Origin: Octopus bimaculoides
Taxonomy: Eukaryota
Length of the DNA: 64,000 nt
Assembly: GCF_001194135.2 (NCBI RefSeq)
Contig: NC_068983.1
Location: 108,585,234 to 108,649,233, forward strand
Reading direction: 5' to 3'
Shown here: positions 13,515-27,182 of the stretch, piece by piece
Numbering within the stretch: position 1 is the stretch's first letter
Layout: each line of letters opens with the position of its first letter
Made by a program: the position numbers and the translations under genes
The notes under the pieces: generated by a model
Seen by the model: only the letters and a program-made list of their open reading frames with translations
The model's database searches: none
Told to the model about the DNA's origin: nothing

Positions 13515-14149
13515 TGAATCACATAAGACATTCTTTAAAAACAGACTTGTGTTTGCTTTGTTTTGAAGTGAAGAAACTAATTACTGTAATAAAAAAGATG
13601 CAATCAATTTTTAAAAATTGATTGACATGGATTTTTAACTACTAAAATTGTGATAATGAATCAAAACTGTAAATCTAAATGTAAATACTTAGACACAGAT
13701 TCAAGTTTATATTATAGTGAAAATGAACTTGTAGCCTCTTAAAAGCTTTTAGATAGGTGCCACAATCAAGATATTGACCTATGTCACTCAGACAGCTAAC
13801 AGCTTAAAAGGCTTCGATTTCACTCCACTGTTAAAACCAGGATTGATATAAATTTCAGCTGTCAACATAAAGCTGAAAGACTTTTCTCTGTTCTCAAATC
13901 CAGTTAACCAATTGCATCTAAATGAAGCTGTCTATCAATATAAAGTATTGGTGGGTTGATGCATATATTAAAGTAAAATATCTTTACTAAGTAAATTAGA
14001 AGATAATATAATCTTATAGCAATTATTATATCTAAGCTTGTTGATTTAGTGAGATTGTTTATCAGATTGAAATTATAACAAAGCATATGTACTTTAAGGA
14101 CATTTTGTCAAATCAGTTTAATTCTCAACAATGATATTTAACTACCTCT

Positions 14150-16130
14150 ACTGCTTTCCATATTCTTCTAGCCACCAACACTTGTCTGATTTATCACTTG
14201 TCTTGAATTGAAGATATCGGTCTAACCTCATCTCTTTTTAATGTCATCAGTCTTAATGATTCCTATTTTCAATTCCTCTAGTATCTTGAACTTTTCTCCC
14301 TAGTGCTGAAACTGACTCTCTTACAACTATGAATTCCCTACAACAGTTACTTTCATCCTGTATATGTATTTCTGACTGATACACAAATACTCAAAATAGC
14401 TGTTCTCTTCTTCACTTTCAAACCTAGCCACCATTAAGTTATCTCTGTCTCTGTAATTATCGGGTAGTTTGACTACTGTCTAATAATGCCTCTCCCCTGT
14501 ATTTGCACATGCTGTGCAACACCCTTGGCTCCTTCATAGTGTGGTAGTTCAACATATTGCCACTCCACCAGTTTTATGTTAATTATTCATGGCAGCAAAT
14601 GTACTTCACTCTTGACCCATCTAAGACAACTAAGCAAGTGACTGAACTTATACATTTAGACATGTCCTTTCACATTCCTCATAACAACCAAAGCTTATGG
14701 TCAACCAAAGCTTCTGGTCCATGTGTGGCTGCACTCCAATAGTACAGGCTACATATAATGTATACAACATTAAGAGAAATAATCACCAACCAGTAATTTA
14801 AGCAAGACAACTATCCATAATGTAAAATACGCATTCATGCACTACACAGTTTACAAGCTACCTTTTCTCTCAAATTGAAGCTTGGTCTTGTGATTGTTTG
14901 TCAAAAGGATCTCAATCAACTTTTTATGTATTCATACCTACTATTCTTTAATAAGGATGGCTCCATAAGTAATATTCCAAGTAATATTTGATGCCTGATT
15001 TCCATTCAACTTCACTTTACACACACTTGTCAATATCTTCACCAATTCTTTCTTCATTTCATCAGTCTCAGCATCATAAAGGCTTACATACCAAGTGTGA
15101 AAACACTTCTAGTTACATCAGCTACTAGCAAGGCCTTAAGCCCTGAAATATCTCTTCTGTTATCTTCAAATACTGTGTGCCAAAGCTAATCTCCCTATTA
15201 AAGCCAAACATTTGTGTCAATATAAATCTCCCTGAACTTCGGAAATATGCTGTATTGTATTCTATCCTTAAGTAGGGCAATATTTCCAGCTTCATCAAAT
15301 ATCAGCTGATTGCTCTCACTTCCAACTTATTAGGTGGGAGAGAAACAGTTACCTTCACCTTGTGACCTTGCTCTCCTAAATGACTGACTACATAACTTCT
15401 GTATTATCCCCATGAATAGAAGTATTCAAAATATTCTTCAATGAGAATGTAGCAATCTTACCTCTTTCAAAAGCATGAACACACAATAACTCCATATATC
15501 AAGGAACATATTTTAGATCAGCTTCTCAACTGTATATAATCAATTGCTTTGAACTTGACACAGATGCTAGATTTTGCAATTATTGAAATTTTTCCTTGCA
15601 ATACCATGTTCATATCATTGCAAAAGTTGTTCACAAAGTCTATTCTTGCTCTTCAGAGCCAGAAAATGCTTTAGTTCTGAAGAGCTTCTGACCTTCTTCA
15701 GTGGTCAAATGAAACTGCCATAAAATATTATTCTTACATGTAGATAGAACTATAGCTGCTAACAAAATTATTCTAGACTATATGCAAAAAAGAAGTCAAA
15801 CCTCCTGCTCACAGACATGCTGCCTCCTCACTACTTGTTCAAGCAGTATTACAATGGCCTCTGTTATTCTATGTTAGTTAACTGTATATGACATTAATTT
15901 AAATCCACATAGTAACATCTATCTTTTACCTTACACCAACCATTGTGTGTTTCCCTTTCTAGGCTTTACAGTAAAAACAGTATCCAATCCTCCCACCTAC
16001 AATTTTCAACTCTACAATTTTAGTTATCACCTATGCTTTTGCAATAGACATCGCATCCAGCTGTTTAAACTGAACATCAACTGTATCAATCTCAGCAGCT
16101 AAAGAGCACAACTCCCACCTCTTGACTGAT
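14150..16130 (+). mobile_element. Highly decayed CR1/L2-type LINE (endonuclease end plus RT)
   Basis: Fragments: G*FDYCLI (GSSDH-like), FYVNYSWQQMYFTLDPSKTTKQVTELIHLDMSFHIPH (linker), ISSVIFKYCVPKL, WKYAVLYSILK*G..KYQLIALTS (PKKG..NYRPIALTS-like). Many stops and frameshifts. Confidence 0.7.
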
Positions 16131-17126
16131 ATCATTAAAAAAAAAACAGCGAAGAATAAAAAATAAGAAAACTAAATGAAATAAATTTTATTACAATATT
16201 ATCCAACATATATTGCTTCTCTTAACATACTGTAAATAAAGTATTTATTCATTAATTTGATTTCTTGAAATTTTGAAACTTTCCTGACATCAACAATGTT
16301 TAATCTTAGAAGTTAATAGGTAGACTACTTTAATCCATGCTAAATCTTATAGATATTTGGCAAGAGAGAAGTTAAACTGAAGATGATAATGAAATAGACA
16401 TTAGTATATTTTTGGCAACAAGTTTTCTCTCATAGTCTCCAGTATATTCTATCTCATTTAAACTTGTTCCAATAAGATTGCTATTAATCCCTCTCACCTA
16501 CGTAATGATAGAGTGAAAGTAACCAATAGTATTAAATCCCAGACACATACCTAAAGGTTAAACGGAAATGATATTACCATGATTTCTGCACTACACAACC
16601 ACTGCATTTTCTCTTTGCTCTGTTTACCATTACTACAATCACTTCTATTTCTGTCTTCTATTTCTCTAAACTGACATGCTGCATACACATCTGCCAAAGT
16701 CCACTTAATGTATTTATCTATTCTACTTTCATTTATCTACACCATATCTCAGCTTACAAACTTCTGCACTAAACACTCAGCCTAATCATTATCATTCTTT
16801 CTAGAAATACAGTCCTTAGAAATTCTCTCTGACATATTTTTGCTACAAGTAGTACTAAAGATTAAACTGAGCATCATTGATCTCACCAGTCTGTGAGGGC
16901 CAACAAGAGCTTACTAAAATTATTCAACCTTCTAAAACTAAAGAATTCAGTAAAGAGAAAATAAAGAAAAAAAAAATGATTAATAGGCAGAGGGTTGGTT
17001 ATATGAATAAAAATTTGCTTTGCAGCCATGTGGTTTTGGTGAGTTCTGTCTTACAGAGGATCAATGCATTGTGTATGAATTTGGTAAATGGAAACAGTGT
17101 GGAAGTCCATCTGAAAAAAACATTTG

Positions 17127-17378
17127 AGCAAGGTCGTTGCCAGTGCCACTGAACTGGTTCCTGTACAGGTGGCACGTAAAATACACCATTTTGAGCATGG
17201 CCATTGCCAGTACTGCCTGATTGACCCTTGTGTTGGTGGCACGTAAAAGCACCCAGCTGTAGAAACTCTGCCAGATGAGATTGGAGCCTAGTGCAGCCAT
17301 CTGGTTCACCAGTCCTCAGTCAAATTGTCCAACCCATGCTAGCATGGAAAGCAGACGTTAAACGATGATGATGATGAT
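17127..17378 (+). mobile_element. 5'-truncated RTE 3'-end copy with (GAT)n tail
   Basis: cagctgtagaaactctgccagatgagattggagcc...aacccatgctagcatggaaagcagacgttaaacgatgatg; opposite orientation to the 11-kb copy. Confidence 0.85.
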
Positions 17379-17457
17379 ACACACACACACACACACACAC
17401 ACACAAATACATATACNNNNNNNNNNNNNNNNNNNNNNNNNNNNNNNNNNNNNNNNN

Positions 17458-17497
<40 letters not shown>

Positions 17498-17511
17498 CGT
17501 TTGACACAACA

Positions 17512-17552
<41 letters not shown>

Positions 17553-18779
17553 TATCTGTGTGTGTGTATGTACGTATGTTAGTGTGTGTTTGTTTGTTAT
17601 GTCTGTTTTTGCGATGTGTGTGTCTATGTCTGCATCAGTGTTGGTTTGTTTATGTTTCTTTAACTTAACAGTTCAGGAAGCATTGACCAACAGAATAAGT
17701 ACCAGACTCAAATAAATAAATGAATTAAATTAAATTTAAAACACATACAAGAGTTGATTTGATTGATAAAACACTACAAGCCAGTGCCCCAGCATATTTG
17801 CATTCCAATGAGTGACACAAAAGAATAACAGAAATCATTGTAACTGAATTCATTTCATTCTTTTAAACTTCAGTGTTGTTTAATGTATAACTAACTGCAG
17901 AGCAATGGTTTGGAGATGTTAAGGCAACATTAATCTAGTTAAAGAGGAGATGTAAGAAGCAGTACAAAGAAAGTAGGTATAGTTGGATTGAGAGGGAAAA
18001 TATATACTAAGAGGTAAAATTAAAATAGAACTCATTAAAATTAGTATAATTTGTTTCGCTTTGTCTTTAACATGACACTGGGATTATATTGCAATGATGG
18101 AATGTGAACATGTTTCTATTTCTTAAGTATGGAGAATGACACTATATTGGAAAAATATATTGTTTCAATAAAGGAAAAGAAAATATATTAAAAAAAATAC
18201 GAATTTTTCTTTCCTGTTTTACATTTATTTTCAAAGCTGCATGTGTTAAATCTGTTTTTTTTTTGGGGGGGGGGAGCAGTTGGATGCCATTCTATTTCAT
18301 AATATTCAGCCACAACTAAGAGTGGTAATTTTTTTTTTTTTTTTGTCAGTAAGTTTTACAGAAGCAAGATATGCTATGTCTTTCACAGATGCACAACATC
18401 ATGATGCTAGTAAGATCTGAACACTCAGTCATACTATGGTCAGTAGTGAATTACCTTAGCCTCACAGCAATTGTGTCTTATAGTAAACGTACAAGAAAAA
18501 ATATTAAAAATTCCATACATCTTTAATGGGTTGAATTTTGGTCCATTTCAATTATTTAGTTAAACTGAAAACAAACTGGTAGATTTTTTAATATACAAGT
18601 TGATTCAAAAGTAATTTTAGTATTTAAATGATCTATAGCAATTTTTCTTTTAACTTGTTACAATTGTTATTTTGAATATTATCTTTGCTATTTTGTTGTA
18701 AACATCTTTATACATACATACACACACACACACACACACGCACATCCTCATTATTGTTATCATCATCTTTCATCATCAT

Positions 18780-19150
18780 CATTCTAATTTTGAATGCCCA
18801 TGTTCTGTGGTGGTAAGAGATGGATGGTTTGACAGGGTATGTTGGGTCCAACGACTGAACACCATGCTCCAATGTATGCTTTGGCACCTTGGCATAATTT
18901 CTATTACTAAATGCTTTTCTTAGTACCAACCATTTTACAGAGTTTGTTGCATATTTTTTTATGACACCAGCACTAGTGAGGTCCTTGCACAGCTTGCAAA
19001 ACTAAGATCACCTTTGTCTGAGTGAGGCTATAATACAGAAGAAGGTGGCTTTATGCTGTGAGGTGAGAGATTAAAGTATGACAGAAAAGGTCAGAAGAAA
19101 GAGAGAAGATAGGATGTGACAAACTTCAAGAAGTTCAAATGGTCTCAGTT
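18780..19150 (-). mobile_element. Older RTE-tail-bearing element
   Basis: (CAT)n tail on the left, then degenerate ggcataatttctattactaaatgcttttct..accaacc and atgacaccagcactag motifs shared with 62725-63100. Confidence 0.5.
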
Positions 19151-20169
19151 GTCAATGCAAGAGGGAGTGAGAAACTTTTAAATTAATTCTGCATTATGAA
19201 AGTGACAGTAAACTTGGTGCTTTAATGATAATGATAATGAAGATGATGATGGTGATAGGTTGTTGGTAATGGTGATATGAACATTGTTTATTTGTCTGCA
19301 TTTGATTGGAGACAGAATCTTTAGTGAATAAACTATATTAGTTATGTACACCTATGGATTGCTTCACTGGTTCTGATACTGATTAGTAAGGTTGTTATTA
19401 AAACTATCAATGTGTTCGTGTTGTTAACACAATAAATACGTGTGTGACATAGACAAGTTGAAATATTTCCATTGGTGCTTTCTTTTATAATAAAGTAACA
19501 CTGACAAAGTAAGCTTAATTGTATTTTCCTTTACTCTAAGTCTTAAACAGTAAGAATGGAAACTGAATTTTCCTCAAGGAGTTCTTTCTTTCTTAGAATA
19601 TTCTTGAATCAATCACACCGACTGTATATATTGAGTAAATTAACAGATGTTGCAGTCCTAGAATTTGGATTAACAGTATTGTGGTACTAAAATTAAGCTG
19701 AAACTGTTGTTGTGAAAGCAAAAACATTGCTGAAGGTTGCATAAAAATACATTTGTTTACAATTAGAACATTCTGCCAATGGCTGAAATAAAGTTTAAAA
19801 TTTATTCTAGACCTACCTTTAAAACTGTTTGTCAACAAAGCCAGTAGAAATCCTTTACATAATCATCCACCCTGCTAGATATAGAAGATAAATTTCCTAA
19901 AAATCATACACCCATTGTTTTGGAAAAGGAAGACCCTTTTCCAAATGTGTACAAAGAAAAAAAAATGAACTTGGCTGGAATAGAATGCCTTTTATCACAG
20001 GTGCTATCAATTGTTTATTAATTGAATATTGGGATCATGGCATTTGATTACTTCAAGTTAAATAAAACCAAAGCATACAAAGCTGGTGGATATTTCTACT
20101 ACAACATAGGGATACAGTTAGTATGCATTGCAGTTATTTAATAAATTAGATACATCCATCCATAAAATT

Positions 20170-20400
20170 CCTCTGTGGCCAGGAGAGATAAAAGCTACTG
20201 TAGTTTTGGAACCTCCACCTCCATGACTATTTAGGTCCACTAGGTAACAGAAGCTGTCAACAACGTCCAGAAATCTTCAGGGCATTTGAGAGAATCTATT
20301 TTCTGAGTGCTCTTAATGTTTACCACACATACAAAACATGCCGTCTCTATTAGCCTGCTTGTGATTCCACCATAGTTCATGTGCAGGCATAGTTTCTAAG
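20170..20400 (-). mobile_element. RTE RT fragment (PHD insert end and YLG motif)
   Basis: The minus strand gives ...DVVDSFCYL..LNSHGGGGSKTTVA, homologous to 44010-44100. Confidence 0.7.
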
Positions 20401-21299
20401 TACAGTATATGGAATTTCTATTTATTTCTTTTCTGCATATTAAGCATGGCCAATGTCAAAATGGGATCAGAACACTTTCTTCTTTTCTACTCGCTAATAC
20501 TTTAGTCTTTGAAAAGTTTCCTTTGAAATTTTTTGATTCTAGGTTTTGCTTCCATGTCCTGTTTTCAACTATCCCATCTACTTTTAGTAATGAATTCTAT
20601 TTACTGTACTAAATGTTTCATTCATTTGAAAAGATCCTACAAATTGAAACATATGGCCATTTGTAATGACATATTCCGTCTGATATCACTTAATTAAATG
20701 AAGTATACATGCATGTACACACACACACACACATGTATATGTATATGTGTGTATATATATANNNNNNNNNNNNNNNNNNNNNNNNNNNNNNNNNNNNNNN
20801 NNNNNNNNNNNNNNNNNNNNNNNNNNNNNNNNNNNNNNNNNNNNNNNNNNNNNNNNNNNNNNNNNNNNNNNNNNNNNNNNNNNNNNNNNNNNNNNNNNNN
20901 NNNNNNNNNNNNNNNNNNNNNNNNNNNNNNNNNNNNNNNNNNNNNNNNNNNNNNNNNNNNNNNNNNNNNNNNNNNNNNNNNNNNNNNNNNNNNNNNNNNN
21001 NNNNNNNNNNNNNNNNNNNNNNNNNNNNNNNNNNNNNNNNNNAGAGAGAGAGAGAGAGATGTATGTATGTGAGCATGTGTGTTTTAATGTATACATAGAT
21101 ACACATCAATTCCTACATTCAGAAATGAAGTACAATAGCACCTTTAACAAACAAGTATTTATCCAAAAAATATATGTGCTTGGATTTTTATATGCTCACA
21201 TACATATTCTCTTTCTCTCTTTCACACACTCACACATACACACAACACATAGATCATGATCATGACCATTATTCTCATTATTTTAAGTCAGTTTTTCCA

Positions 21300-21700
21300 T
21301 ATTAGCGTAGGTTGCATAAATTTCTCCTGTACAGTACATCACCACTTTTTGCATTCCCTGTTCATATCATTCATTAAAGTCAACATTCTGAGATCATCCC
21401 TTACCACTTATGCGCATGCTTTTGTTAATCTTCCTCCACAAGCTCTTTCTATACTGATTGCTCAATTCTTCTGTCAGCCATCATATTCTTCATGTTCTTT
21501 ATATGTTTGTACAAATGTAGTCTTCTCTTTTGCACACTACATCTGATTCATCTGTTGCTCATTTTATCTCTCAGATCCCCTGTGTACCATCGTTCATACA
21601 TGCTGACACTGCATGTTCACTTCATTTATTCACAACCTTTTCACATTTTCTGCATTTAATGCTTATGCATTGCAAACATGCAAGATCTCACTTTGTTCAC
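21300..21700 (-). mobile_element. Decayed RTE 3' coding fragment
   Basis: The minus strand gives CSVQKRRLHLYKHIKNM, homologous to CGVKERRLCWYGHVLHM at about 44.36 kb. Confidence 0.6.
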
Positions 21701-23384
21701 AAACATCACACAGTTTGCTCTTTATTTTCAGTATTGCTCTTTCAGTTGCAAATTAAAAAAACCTATAAGTAGTACCAGCATGACTTATAAAGAAGTTCTA
21801 CTAGATGCATTGAGTACTTCCCTTGTTTGTGTAGTAAGACTTGTATGCGCATGCATGTGTGCACATATGAATATGTACATATGTGTATGTGTTTGTGTGT
21901 GTGTGAATAAGATATGGTGTCATTGTAATTAAATGTGATTTAACACAAGAAGCTGATATTAAATAAATGATGTAATATCAAGAAATGTTAGAATATATGA
22001 GTTTCATTGATAGTTTCGGTGTTAAGGTTGAATGATACGGACAAAAGAGAGGATAGATATAGATAGGCATTTAGACAGATAGATATAAATAGGATAGATC
22101 AATAGTTTAAATTACCTGACAAATACTTTATGTGTGTGGTATCAATTGTATATTGACCATGTTTTCTTTTAACCTCTGTACTAAGGGTGTATTTTGTTGT
22201 TGCCTTTATTCAGAGTAGTTGACAGTAGCAGAATAAGTGAGCTATAATGATATACCAATTTGTTTTTCGCAATACTAATGTATTAAACAGAAATAGCAGT
22301 GAAGATACATAAGCAGCTCTTGATACTTAGAAGACAAAATTCTAAAGGTACTGCTGATAGAGTTTAATGGAAATATTCAAAATGAAATCTCAACAGAAAT
22401 ACTACTGCAATCATATATTAAGAAAAGTGCATAGAAATATGTCTTATAAATGCACTAATGAGAATGGACATAAGTTGACAGTTGACAAATGCTAATGTTT
22501 CTTATAAATATTGTAATCCATTTTGGGACATAGGTACAGAAATAAAAATAATTGATAGTTTCAGATATACTAGACGATAGCAGAAGTGACAGAAATATTG
22601 ATGAAAACAAACATTGTAGCTTGAAAGCTTATGTAGATATATTTATTTCTAACTTACATACAAAGCCATACATTTTATGGGAGAGGACAATCAATTATAT
22701 CAACTCAAGTATCTGACTGGTACTTATTTACCAATCAAGCTGGTGAAGTAGTTGTAACGTGCTCTACATATATAACTTAAAGTTCCTCATATGATTTAGC
22801 TGAACGTGTTTATCAAAATTTGTGATATAACAGGGTTATCAACATGCTTGATGTAATAAAGTGAATTGTAATTAGAAGCATCTAATACTTTTAAACCAGT
22901 TTAACTACTAGGAAAGAATGCTATATAGAAATGTTAGGCCGATGCAAAAGTCACCCAAGTAAAAGAATTTTGCAGAATTTTTGTAGAAAATTTCGATCAT
23001 TCTCAACAAGTCTGAGATATGATGGAAATGAAACAGAGCCATGATATGAACTGTTTAACATTATCCATGCCAAGAGTAACTATTTGTTGCTATAGATGAT
23101 GAACCAATGAGAAATTATCAAAAATAGATAAATAAAAAGTTACTGTTATGGTATTTCTACTGAAACTCTGCCATTTTCATATTTTGCTATAGTTTTTATA
23201 AATAATTGCGCATTTTATAAAATAGTAGTTTAGAAGTATAAAAATTCTTATGAAAAATGGCTGTATTAGGCTGGAGTTAACTTCAATGTGACTTTCTAAC
23301 ATGAAAAAATATTTCATCTCTGTTGTGTCTTGTTTGGATGTGAATTTGTAAAAATGATATTCCTTTCTATCATAGGCAAAATAC

Positions 23385-23600
23385 CTGAAAACCTGGTTGG
23401 AGGGGGAAAGTCAATACATTGACCATCTCCATCCCCCGCCCATCACCACCACTGTTCTTGGCTGGTACTTATTTTATTGATCCTGAAAGGATGAAAGGCA
23501 AAATTAACCTTGGTGGAATTAGAATTCAGAACGTAAAAATGGATTAAATGCCACTAAGCCTTTTGTCTGGCATGCTAACAATTCTGCCAGATCACCCACT
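23385..23600 (-). mobile_element. Deu/Nin-domain-type SINE
   Basis: ctggtacttattttattgatcctgaaaggatgaaaggcaaaattaaccttggtggaattagaattcagaacg is the reverse complement of the family at 33.7-34.1 kb. Confidence 0.75.
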
Positions 23601-24747
23601 TAATTTGTAAAATTATATTACACTATAATGAAGATGATGAAGATGATGGTGGATGGGTAAATAAATATGTAGCTTTTGACTAAATAAACTATTTAAAAAA
23701 ATTAATCATTGCAGAAAAAAGGTATAAAATTAACTGACAGATACAAAACTGTTGATATATGTTTGGGTAATATTTATACAAATAAAAGTAATAAAATTCA
23801 TAGCAGACCTGAATTAGATACTTCAGCATCTCTAGGTTAGTGCTTCACATTTCTATGAAATATGAAAACCAACTAAAATTCAATTTTAGTTTCATATGAC
23901 ATTTATTAAATCTTGGTGAATATACAAGTTAGAAGTGCTAAGCAGTGATTTATATCAATATAAACAGGTGATTGGTTCAAATATGTTTGAAACACATTCA
24001 AATGCATAAGGTCATTCATGCATTTTGTCATGGAGAAATATTCTTGCTGAAGACAAAATGGTATAAATACACCAGGTAGTTTGACGTGCCCATTAGCCAG
24101 ATTGATGAATGCATGCATTTTTAAGTAGTTATCTTCTCAGCATCATCAAACCCTCAGAAGAGAGGCAACACTGAACTGACTAAGAAACTGGGTCTCTGAC
24201 TGGTGGTGCTAACTGGCTGCTTTCCTAAACCTGAAGAAAATCTATGCTCTATGGTCAGTGATGGAATGGTGATCACAAAAACAGGTGTTGATGAATGGTT
24301 TGTGGAGATATGCAAGTTATGTGCAGAGATTCAATAAGTAATACGTAAGTTAGCAATAAGTTTCAATGAGGAACTTAACAGTTGAGGCAGTTCTCAGTCC
24401 TATCTTTTTTGTTACCATTTTTAATGTCATAATATGGGGAAACCAGCTCTCTATGAGAACTTATATAAGGCAAAAGTCTAGTTTATAGAGTTGATTTTTG
24501 TTGAAGAATTAGAGAAGAGATTCTGATTGTGGAAGTTTAGCATCAACAGGCTTCAAATTAAATTCAGTAGAGACAAAAATTCTTGTTAGCAGCAAAGTAG
24601 AAAAAGCTCTACTACCATTAGGGATGTGGTCCAGCTGAGTATGTAAAATGATTAGACAGGATCTTTGTACTAAATGTAAATGAAAGATGCACAAGAAATG
24701 TAGTGAGATCTGAAGCAGACTGACAGGGAAAGAATGACAATATGTAG

Positions 24748-25930
24748 TACTGGGTTGGTACTGCTATTTTTTTTTAATTTTGGAATTTATTGCGCTTTTA
24801 AATTTTGGAATCTATTTTTTTCGAGAATACTATTTTTGAATCATTTTGGAATCATTTTTTTTTTTCCTAGCTAATTTTAGTTAATTTTTGTTTATTTTCA
24901 GATCATTGAAATGGAAAGTTAAGTTAAGAAAAACGAGCATTTTCGATATCTCCTTTTTTTTTTTGCTTTTAATAAGTTCAAAAAGGGAAATTTTGACCTC
25001 AAAGATGCACTTCGTTCTGGCTGTCCAGTTGAGTTTGATGAAGAGCAATTAAACCAACTTTTGCACGAAAATTCTCGTCAAATGACAAAGGAACTGGCAG
25101 AGAAAATGGAATGCTCCCACACTGTTACAGAGAAGCATCACTTGATAGGAAAGGTTCAGAAGTATGAAGCATGGGTTCTGCATGTTTTAAGTGACAACAA
25201 CAAAAATTATCGAGCCACAATCTCCGCTGGTTTGCTTGCTTGTCACCACTCAACTCATGGGCACAAGCAACAATTTCTTTACCAAATCGCTACTGGCGAG
25301 GAAAAATGGTGCCTGTACATCAATATGAAGCAGCGTAAGGGATGGCTTAGCCCCGGTAAACAAGCAACATCGTGCATGAAACAAGATCTTCATCTGCGTA
25401 AAACGATGTTGTGCGTATGGTGGGACTGGGAAGGGATTATCCATTACAAACTGCTTGAGTAAAACCAACGTGGAACTCTATTTTCAACAATTGGAATGAC
25501 TAAATATGGCGATTCAAGAGAAAAGGCCTAATTGGTAGCATGGAGTTCTGCTGCACAACAACACCCACCCTCATATCACCAATATGACCAAGGAAGCCAT
25601 TCAAACACATGGCTGGGAAGTGCTGCCACACCTGCCGTACTCTCCTGATTTGACACCAATGAATTTCGACCTCTTTCAATCTCTTTGAAATGCTATGCAT
25701 GGAGTTTCATTTAATACTGATGCAGAATTGAGAGCTTGGTTGGATCGATTTTTTGAGTTGAAATCGGGTGATTTCTACCAACGAGGTATTGAAAATTTTG
25801 TTGAACTTTGAGAAGAAGTTATAAACAACAAGGATGAATACATTATTGATTAATTAGTTGTTATTTTTTATTAAACCTTTTAAAAAAATTAAATTTAAAA
25901 AATCGTGGGAACTTAGTTGCCAACCCAATA
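24748..25930 (+). mobile_element. mariner transposon, defective
   Basis: Transposase motifs RSGCPVEFDE, WVLHVLS, TGEEKW, KTMLCVWWD, LLHNNTHPH, WEVLPHLPYSPDLTP. TA-bounded TIR remnants are tactgggttgg on the left and aacttagttgccaacccaata on the right. Confidence 0.9.
24920..25852 (+). pseudogene. mariner transposase pseudogene
   Basis: ORF 25061..25462 plus downstream frames, with stops, frameshifts, an N-terminal deletion and substitutions at the three catalytic Asp positions. Confidence 0.85.
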
Positions 25931-26962
25931 AATACACTGGGATGGTAAATAACAGAAGTATCATATAATAAAGTATTTCAAATACTTAGAAAGCACCATA
26001 GAAGGAGTTGGTAGATTCTATTATGTAGGTTACTTGATTGGAAGTGGAGACTGGTGTCTGGAATCATAGTAACCAGTAATAATGAAGTAAAAAGTTCAGT
26101 GTATTATAACTACCCTTTCTGACAATGAAGAGGATTCTCTCTTTGAATAAAGAAAATTGTACAGTATTTATGTATACACTGTGATGTTTATTGTACTGAA
26201 TGTAGGGGGTGTATGACGGTTAAAAACAAATGAAGGAACCACAAATGAGCAAGGAGAAAAACTGGGTATAAAATGAACCAAACATAGCATGGAAGGAAGA
26301 AGATGCAGTTATATGTGATATATGATGTGAATGAAGGATAACAGTTGAATAAAAAAGAATGTATTAAGAGATTCAAATGGAATGGATATGTAAAAGAGGA
26401 ATACTGAGAAACACATAGAAAGAAGCGACAAAAGTTGATTTTAAAAGATTGAAACACAACAATTGGTGCGACAGTGCTTGAGGAAACCCATCCAACAGAT
26501 GCAAGCATGAAAAAGTGGATGCTAAAAAGATGATGGTGTGGATTATGAAGATGAACTCTGATGAGAACCAAATAAAGTTTGAAAATCAATTAAAGCTGTC
26601 TGACAATTTTTTCAATCTATGGAGAAATAATTAAATTTGCTCTGTTTGTTTGTCTGTTATGTAGGTTCTATGTATTACATCATAAAGTGTGAACTGGGAT
26701 CCCTGTTGATAGGCTGCTAATATTAGATAAAGTGCTAACTACTTATAGTAAGCAAATTAGTAGCTCTAATTCACCGAAGCTGCTAGATTTGTTGTGTATA
26801 TAAAAAGACTAGCTACTTCTTTCTCTGGGGTTTGGTCAAGTGATGTACACAGCTCTGCCAAAAACACAATAAGGTTCAAAAATAAATCAAGGCTGTTTAT
26901 CATTTTTTACAATTTAAAAAGAAATAGTTACATCTGCCCTATTTGCATGTTTATCATGTAGG

Positions 26963-27004
<42 letters not shown>

Positions 27005-27147
27005 AGGCAATTATCCACATAATTGCTCTAGCTCTATACCTGCTCAACTTGGTCCCTCTTATCCTCTTATAGCCTTTCTTTACTTTGTGGAAATTTGAAT
27101 CATTTGAGTACTACTTAGTGTTTTCTATGAGGAGAATCTCTGGATTT

Positions 27148-27182
<35 letters not shown>

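Larger units (their letters stand above)
23990..26545 (+). mobile_element. Old RTE LINE relic split by a mariner insertion
   Basis: MEKYLAEDK (24.04 kb) and KLNSVETKILVSSKVEKALLPLGMWSS*VCK (24.55-24.65 kb) lie left of the mariner. GVGRFYYVGYLIGSG (26.0 kb) and the 3' tail ccatccaacagatgcaagcatg lie to its right. The order is colinear with the 43-45 kb copy. Confidence 0.7.
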
